Assembly: GCA_963850905.1 (NCBI GenBank) | Contig: CAWKMU010000004.1 | Location: 352,001-416,000 of the forward strand | From: an uncultured Gemmatimonadales bacterium | GTDB taxonomy: Bacteria > Gemmatimonadota > Gemmatimonadetes > Gemmatimonadales > Gemmatimonadaceae | Direction: 5' to 3' | DNA length: 64,000 nt | Shown: positions 58,464 to 64,000 of the stretch, piece by piece | How the letters are laid out: every line of letters begins with the position of its first letter | How positions within the stretch are numbered: the stretch's first letter is position 1 | The notes under the pieces: generated by a model | Database searches by the model: none | What the model saw: only the letters and a program-made list of their open reading frames with translations | Told to the model about the DNA's origin: nothing | Made by a program: the position numbers and the translations under genes

Positions 58464-60950
58464 GTGCCGCGATCTGAGCGCATACCGGCCACGCGTGGCC
58501 GCTGCCTTCTCGACAGTGGAGCTCGCCGGACCAGAGCACGCTTTCGCCGACAAACGGCCAGGCCATCACGGTTCGCCCGGTGCGCCGTCTGCCCGCTGGT
58601 GGCGCTGTGCAGCGCTTTCGCGGCAACCAGACTCGCCGCCCAGCAGGCGGAAGGGACCGATAGCGCCCTGGTGAGCGGGGTGGTCCGCACGGCGAGCGGC
58701 GGGCCGGCGCGCGGACTGTCGGTCGAGTTGGTCGGGACGTCGTACGCCACGACGACAACCGACAGCGGTGCGTTTCGCCTCACGCGCGTGAAGCCTGGGA
58801 CCTATGTGCTCGTCGCCCATGGAGCTGGCTGGGCTACGGCTCGGTCTCGGGTTACGGCGACGGCAGGCCGGGAGACTCGACTCACCCTCGTGGTCGCTGC
58901 TGCCACCCCGGGCGCTGCGATCGCGCTACCCGCCGTGACCGTCGCTGGTCAGACCACCGGCCGGACCGGCGCGGGCCCCACCGTCTCCGCGGCCGGCTCC
59001 AACGATTACGGGATGAGCGCGCAGGCAATCCAGAATCTGCCGGAGGGAGACGCAACGACCGTCACCGATGTGCTCGCGCAGATGCCGGGCGTCGCGATCG
59101 ACCAGAATCAACAGATCCACCTGCGCAACACCGAGGGCCCACAATTCCAATACCGCATTGACGGGGCCCTCGTGCCACTCGACATCAACACGAACCCGCC
59201 GTTCGTCTCGATGCTCAATCCGATGTTCGTATCGCGGCTGGACCTGCTCGACGGCGTGTTGCCGTCGCAGTTCAGCTACGCGACCGGCGGGGTGGTCGAC
59301 ATTGCCGCCAAGAATGGCTGCGACGCGCCGGGCGGGAGCATGTCCGCACTCTTCGGCCAACGCCGCACGTTCGAACCGAGTGCGCAGTACGCGGGCTGCG
59401 CCGGACGGGTGAGTTACTACGTCTCGGGTCTGTACGGTCAGGGGGAAAACGCGTTCAGCTCCGCGACCCCAGGCCCCAATCCGATCCACGATCAGACCAA
59501 CCAGGGGCAGACGTTTGGGTACGTCTCGGTCCCGCTCAACGCCGCCACAAAACTGAGCGCCATCCTCTCGACTGAGGCGAGCAACAACCAATTGCCCAAC
59601 GTCGGAGGGCTGTCTCCGCAGTTCGCCCTGGCAGGAGGCGGCGACCCGAGCTCAGCATCGATCGACTCGTACCTCAACTTCCGAGATTACCTCGGCATGC
59701 TCACACTGCGCGGTAGCGCTACGAGCCAGCTCGGGTACCAGGTCACCTATGCCTTCCACTCCATCGCGCAGCGCTTCGTGCCCGACCAGACGGGGGAGCT
59801 GATCTACCAGGGAGTCGCATCAACAGCCTCGCACAACGATGTCGACAACACGCTGCAGGGCGATCTGACCTACACCACTGGACGACACGTGGTCACAGGT
59901 GGTGTGTACGCAGGCGAATATCATGTGGCCGCGGACGACCGGTCGCTCGTGTTTCCCGTCGACAGCAATGGTGACCAGGCGAGCTCGAGCCCGCTCACTG
60001 TCGTCAACAACGCGCAAGCGACGAATCTGCTGCTCGGCGTCTACGTAAACGATCTCTGGCATCTCACCGAGAGGCTCACGCTCAACCTCGGCCTCCGTTT
60101 CGACGATATCACCGGCTTCACGAACAGCAGTCAGTTGAATCCGAGGGCAAACCTAGTGTATGCGCTGACCCCGCACACCACGGTGCACGCCGGGGTCGCT
60201 CGCTACCTGCAGGTCCCGAGCTTTCAGGGCATCTCGCCAACAGCGACGGCCGCGTTTGCTGGGACGACCGCGGAAGGGCCACCGGGAATCTCGACGCCAC
60301 TCACCGAAGACGATCTCGAATGGGATGTCGGGATCGTGGCGAGCCTGGGCTCGAGGATAACGGTGTCGCAGGACGACTACTACGAGCTCACGCACCGATA
60401 CCTGGACACCGGTCAGTTCGGCGTGGTCCCCATCTTCGCCCCGTTCAACTACGACCAGGGGACGATCTGGGGCAGCGAGCTCGCGGTGGCGTACAGGGAC
60501 GACAAACTCTCGGCCTACACCAACGTCACCATCGGCAACAACCTGCAGAAGGGCGTCATCACCGGCCAGTTCAATTTCCCGGCCGACGAGCTGGCCTATA
60601 TCGATCACCACTACATCGTGCTCGATCACCAGCCGTTGTACGGCGCCGCCGCCGGTGCCAGCTACACCTGGCAACAGTTCGCGTTCAGCCTGGACGGCGT
60701 GTACAGCAGCGGACTGCGGGGCGGGTTCGCCGACCTCGATCGCCTCCCCACTGTCGTCCAGATCAACGCGAGCGCTCAGCGCAGCTTCCGCGTTCCCGGA
60801 CTCGGCAGCGTGACGAACCGGCTCACAGTCCTCAACCTGCTCGACCGCGTGAATATGATCCGCCCATCCGAGGGCATCGGCATCTTCCAATCCGCATACG
60901 GTCCGCGGTTCACGCTGCTCGATGCGGTGACGGTCCCGCTGGGACGCTGA
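58464..60950 (+). CDS. TonB-dependent receptor with N-terminal carboxypeptidase-regulatory-like domain
   Basis: Plug LAQMPGV..QYRIDG..GGVVDI; barrel NLGLRFD; C-terminal NLLDR..YGPRFT; start uncertain. Confidence 0.9.
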   Translation: MPRSERIPATRGRCLLDSGARRTRARFRRQTARPSRFARCAVCPLVALCSAFAATRLAAQQAEGTDSALVSGVVRTASGGPARGLSVELVGTSYATTTTDSGAFRLTRVKPGTYVLVAHGAGWATARSRVTATAGRETRLTLVVAAATPGAAIALPAVTVAGQTTGRTGAGPTVSAAGSNDYGMSAQAIQNLPEGDATTVTDVLAQMPGVAIDQNQQIHLRNTEGPQFQYRIDGALVPLDINTNPPFVSMLNPMFVSRLDLLDGVLPSQFSYATGGVVDIAAKNGCDAPGGSMSALFGQRRTFEPSAQYAGCAGRVSYYVSGLYGQGENAFSSATPGPNPIHDQTNQGQTFGYVSVPLNAATKLSAILSTEASNNQLPNVGGLSPQFALAGGGDPSSASIDSYLNFRDYLGMLTLRGSATSQLGYQVTYAFHSIAQRFVPDQTGELIYQGVASTASHNDVDNTLQGDLTYTTGRHVVTGGVYAGEYHVAADDRSLVFPVDSNGDQASSSPLTVVNNAQATNLLLGVYVNDLWHLTERLTLNLGLRFDDITGFTNSSQLNPRANLVYALTPHTTVHAGVARYLQVPSFQGISPTATAAFAGTTAEGPPGISTPLTEDDLEWDVGIVASLGSRITVSQDDYYELTHRYLDTGQFGVVPIFAPFNYDQGTIWGSELAVAYRDDKLSAYTNVTIGNNLQKGVITGQFNFPADELAYIDHHYIVLDHQPLYGAAAGASYTWQQFAFSLDGVYSSGLRGGFADLDRLPTVVQINASAQRSFRVPGLGSVTNRLTVLNLLDRVNMIRPSEGIGIFQSAYGPRFTLLDAVTVPLGR

Positions 60951-60974
60951 CTTTGAAGGGCAACCGGTCAGGTC

Positions 60975-61117
60975 GGTCGGGAGTCGGGGATCAGGGAATA
61001 AATCGAACGGCCGGTCACGGTGCGCTGTGGCCGGCCTCGGACCGGTAGGGGCGACGCATTGCGTCGCCCGTTGTTGTCGTTGCGGTTGTCGTTCCCTGAC
61101 TCCTGACCCCTGACCCC
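60975..61117 (+). repeat. Composite intergenic element: G-rich heptamers, hairpin, GTAG-REP, C-rich heptamers
   Basis: GGTCGGGAGTCGGGGATCAGGGAA .. REP at 61045 .. TTCCCTGACTCCTGACCCCTGACC; core homologous to 47542-47630. Confidence 0.8.
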
Positions 61118-61129
61118 GCCGTTGTCCGT

Positions 61130-62095
61130 CTAAGGTATCAACACCGTTTTGCCCAGCGCCGTCGACTCGATCACCCGTCGCTGCGCCTCTGCTGCCGATG
61201 CCAACGGAAGCTCCACGCCGACCACAGGCCGAAGGACGCCGCTCTCGAGCCCCGCGCGAATGTACGCGAAGAGCTCAGCGGCCTGCGGTGGGGTCACATG
61301 CCACAGCATCACCCCCAACACCGCCGCTTCGCGCGCCATGAGATCGCGGGGGGTAATCTGGACATCCCCGCGGCTGCCGATGATGACCACTCGACCCCTG
61401 TACGCAAGCAGTTTCAGGTCATGCCCCAAATTGACGTTGGCGAGCATCTCGAGAATGATGTCGGCACCGTTGCCGTTGGTCGCGTCCAGGACCCGCTGCT
61501 GATATCCCGGGGTGCGATGGTTTACGACAATGTCCGCACCCTCGCGCTGTACGAGGTCGAGGCCCTGCGCACTCCCGGCAGTCCCGATGACCCGCATCCC
61601 GAGAGCGCGTGCCACTTGCACCGCCGCAACGCCGACCCCTCCACTCGCGCCGTGGACCAGTAGGGTCTCGGACGGCCGCGCGTGCGCGATCTGGAACAAG
61701 GCGCGGCACGCCGTCGCATACGGCACGTAGATGCCGGCGCCTTGCGAGAAGGTCACCTTGTCAGGAAGGTGATGGACCTGCTCGCGAGAGGCGAGTGCCA
61801 GTTGCGCGTATGCGCCGGTCGCGGTACCGGAGGTGTACACGCGTGCCCCGACCTCGAGAGCATCGACGCCCGGCCCGAGGGCCTCGACGACGCCCGCGGC
61901 GTCAGAGCCGGGTGTGTACGGCAAGCTGGGATTCTTCGCCCCGTAGTTCCCGGCGCGCATGTACGTGTCATAGGGGTTCACCCCAGCGGCCTTCACACGA
62001 ACGAGCACCTGCCCGGCGCCAGGAGTTGGATCCGGCACGTCCTCGAGTTTGAGGACTTCCGGGCCGCCGTACTGATGGACGCGAATCGCTTTCAT
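61130..62095 (-). CDS. NADPH:quinone reductase (zeta-crystallin/MDR family)
   Basis: GGPEVL, AAGVNPYD, PYTPGSDAAG, LVHGASGGVG, GKTVL. Confidence 0.93.
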   Translation of the reverse strand: MKAIRVHQYGGPEVLKLEDVPDPTPGAGQVLVRVKAAGVNPYDTYMRAGNYGAKNPSLPYTPGSDAAGVVEALGPGVDALEVGARVYTSGTATGAYAQLALASREQVHHLPDKVTFSQGAGIYVPYATACRALFQIAHARPSETLLVHGASGGVGVAAVQVARALGMRVIGTAGSAQGLDLVQREGADIVVNHRTPGYQQRVLDATNGNGADIILEMLANVNLGHDLKLLAYRGRVVIIGSRGDVQITPRDLMAREAAVLGVMLWHVTPPQAAELFAYIRAGLESGVLRPVVGVELPLASAAEAQRRVIESTALGKTVLIP

Positions 62096-62178
62096 GACAT
62101 GCCCCTGTTTATGGTCGCGCGAGCGCTTGTCTACTTTCCACTTTCTGATTTGCTACTCTCTCGGGCGCGAAGCGCCCG

Positions 62179-63811
62179 CTAGTGCACCACCCAACCGGTG
62201 AACGGCGCGACGTACGCCTGCAGGGCCACCAGACCTCCGACCAGCGCAGCAAGGATGAGGCTGTGGATGAACACGAACCGCAAGAATGGCCCACTCGTGG
62301 CCGTACCACCGAGTCGTCGTGCTCGCGACGACGATGCTCTGCATGTCGATCATTTTCCCCATCACGCCGCCGGAGCTGTTTGCCGCGGCCATGAGAATGG
62401 GACTCAGCGCCAGGCGCTGCGCCGTGATGCGCTGGAGACTTCCAAAGAGGACGTTGGAGGAGGTGTCGGAGCCCGTGAGCGCGGTGCCCAACCAGCCGAG
62501 GAATGTGCCAAAGAAGGGATACCAGGCACCGGTGCGCGCGAAGGCGAGACCGAGGATCGCGTCCAGTCCGGCGTACCGCGTGAGGTAGCCGATCGCCAGC
62601 ATCGCCGCGATGGTGAGCAGCGACAGCTTGACGGAACGAAACGCATCTCGGTACACCTGCCACGCGTCTCGGGGGCGATACCCCATGACCGCAGCCGCGA
62701 TGAGCGCAGCGATGAGAATGCCCGTGCCAGTCGCCGACAACCAGTTGAACGTGAACAGCGCGGGCTCGGGCGTGACCACAGGCACGACCGGCGGCACGCG
62801 TAGCACCAGACGATCGAGTCCTGGGACGGGGAGCACGACCTTGGCCACCGCATCCAGCACGCCCTTGATTTGCGGGAGCCCCCAGAGGAACACGACGACG
62901 CTCAAGATCAGCCACGGGATCCACGCACGCCGGATCTCGCCTGGTTCGAGAGCGTCCGCGGGCGCTGGGTCGTGCGGGGTTCCACGCGGGCGCCAGACCC
63001 GGAGCAGCGCCGCGACGGCGATCATCGACGCGACCGATGCGCCGATGTCCACGAGCCACGGGCCGTGAAGGTCGGCGATGAGCCATTGCGGCACGGCAAA
63101 CGCGACGCCCGCGACCAGCAGTGCTGGCCACACCTCGAGGGTGCCTTTGAGGCCGGCAAACGCGAACATCAGCCAAAAGGGGATTACGAGCGCGAACACC
63201 GATAGCTGCCGTCCGACCATACTGCTGAGTGACAGAAGCGGCAGCCCCGTGACGCCGGCCAGCGCGATGAGTGGTGTGCCGAGTGCGCCAAACGCCACCG
63301 GAGCCGTGTTGGCAATGAGCGACAGTCCGGACGCCTCGAGCGGGGCGAATCCGAGACCGACCAGCAGGGCCGCAGTGATCGCGACCGGCGAGCCAAATCC
63401 CGCCGCGCCTTCGAAGAACGATCCGAAGCAGAACGCGACCAGCAGCAACTGCAACCGACGGTCGCTCGTGAGGCGCGAGAGGCTCTTCCGCAGAACGTCG
63501 AAGAGCCCGCGGTTCATCGTGAGCTGGTACAGGAAGATGACGTTGAGAATGATCCACCCGATGGGGAACAGCCCGTAGGCCGCACCCAGCAGCGCCGCGC
63601 GCGTCGCCAACGACGCGGGCATGCCGAGTGGTCCGACCGCCACGACGAACGCAGCCGCGAGTCCAAGCAGCGCGGCGTGGTGGGCCCGCAATCGCAGCGC
63701 CGCGATCGTGCCGAGCAGGATGACGATCGGCACCGCGGCCACCAGCGTCGACCAGACCGCGCTGTGCAGGGGGTCGTACGTTTGCGGCCACGGCGACACG
63801 GTCGATACCAT
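62179..63811 (-). CDS. lldP: L-lactate/glycolate permease; apparent frameshift near 62283
   Basis: WPQTYDPL, DRRLQLLLVAFCFGSFFEGAAGFG, NTAPVAFGALGTP, LTGSDTSSNVLFG; the true C-terminus LRFVFIHSL..WVVH* is in an adjacent frame. Confidence 0.9.
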
Positions 63812-63901
63812 ATCAATGAAGGGGTGCGCGCGAGCCTGCTTTGGGGGACCTGGCGGGCTATACCTGCGTCCGCCCCGCCCCCAAGTCAATCCCGGGCGCC
63901 C

Positions 63902-63952
63902 TTGACAAACGGCGCGCAATGTTGAAATATCAACACTGCTGATTTCTCAGCA
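63902..63952. promoter_or_regulatory. TTGACA followed by two tandem palindromic operators
   Basis: TTGACA 63902-63907; TGTTGA-AATA-TCAACA 63920-63935; TGCTGA-TTTC-TCAGCA 63937-63952. Confidence 0.7.
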
Positions 63953-64000
63953 CTGGTTTTCCCCTTTCCTTGGCTCCCCGATGATGGCCCGAACCGCGAC

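Noticed and set aside
1..64000. tRNA, rRNA, IS transposase or RAYT genes
   Set aside because: None recognised by eye; tRNAscan-SE, Rfam and ISEScan would be needed to exclude them formally

Overview
GC-rich bacterial chromosomal segment. Gene content suggests Gemmatimonadota (inference): SusC/SusD-like transporters, an ECF sigma/FecR pair, a PadR + ADOP-type permease, a TolB-like/TPR Ser/Thr kinase and an LVIVD protein. The most striking part is ~8.7-25.3 kb. It holds a Fic gene, six toxin-antitoxin-like pairs (HigBA, AbrB-type VapBC, Phd-VapC, DUF4160/DUF2442, HTH + nucleotidyltransferase, BrnTA) and two paralogous XerC/D-like tyrosine recombinases interleaved with the TA pairs. An 18-bp motif (ATGACGCYSCGCTGTCGC) sits at the 5' end of both recombinases; the second copy recurs as an exact 19-mer just downstream of brnTA. 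The Fic gene is preceded by an array of 9-13-9 inverted-repeat sites (TTAGTTAGA-N13-TCTAACTAA). Other notable items are a putative lipid operon (YdjM-like hydrolase, CDP-alcohol phosphatidyltransferase, CdsA), a signal-peptide protein with an Hcp-like motif, an internally deleted ADOP permease, GTAG-type REP palindromes all in one orientation, intergenic heptamer repeats and several leaderless promoters. Eight genes carry insertion-type frameshifts, probably long-read errors. I found no rRNA, tRNA or CRISPR array. All calls are by eye from motifs; no searches were run.
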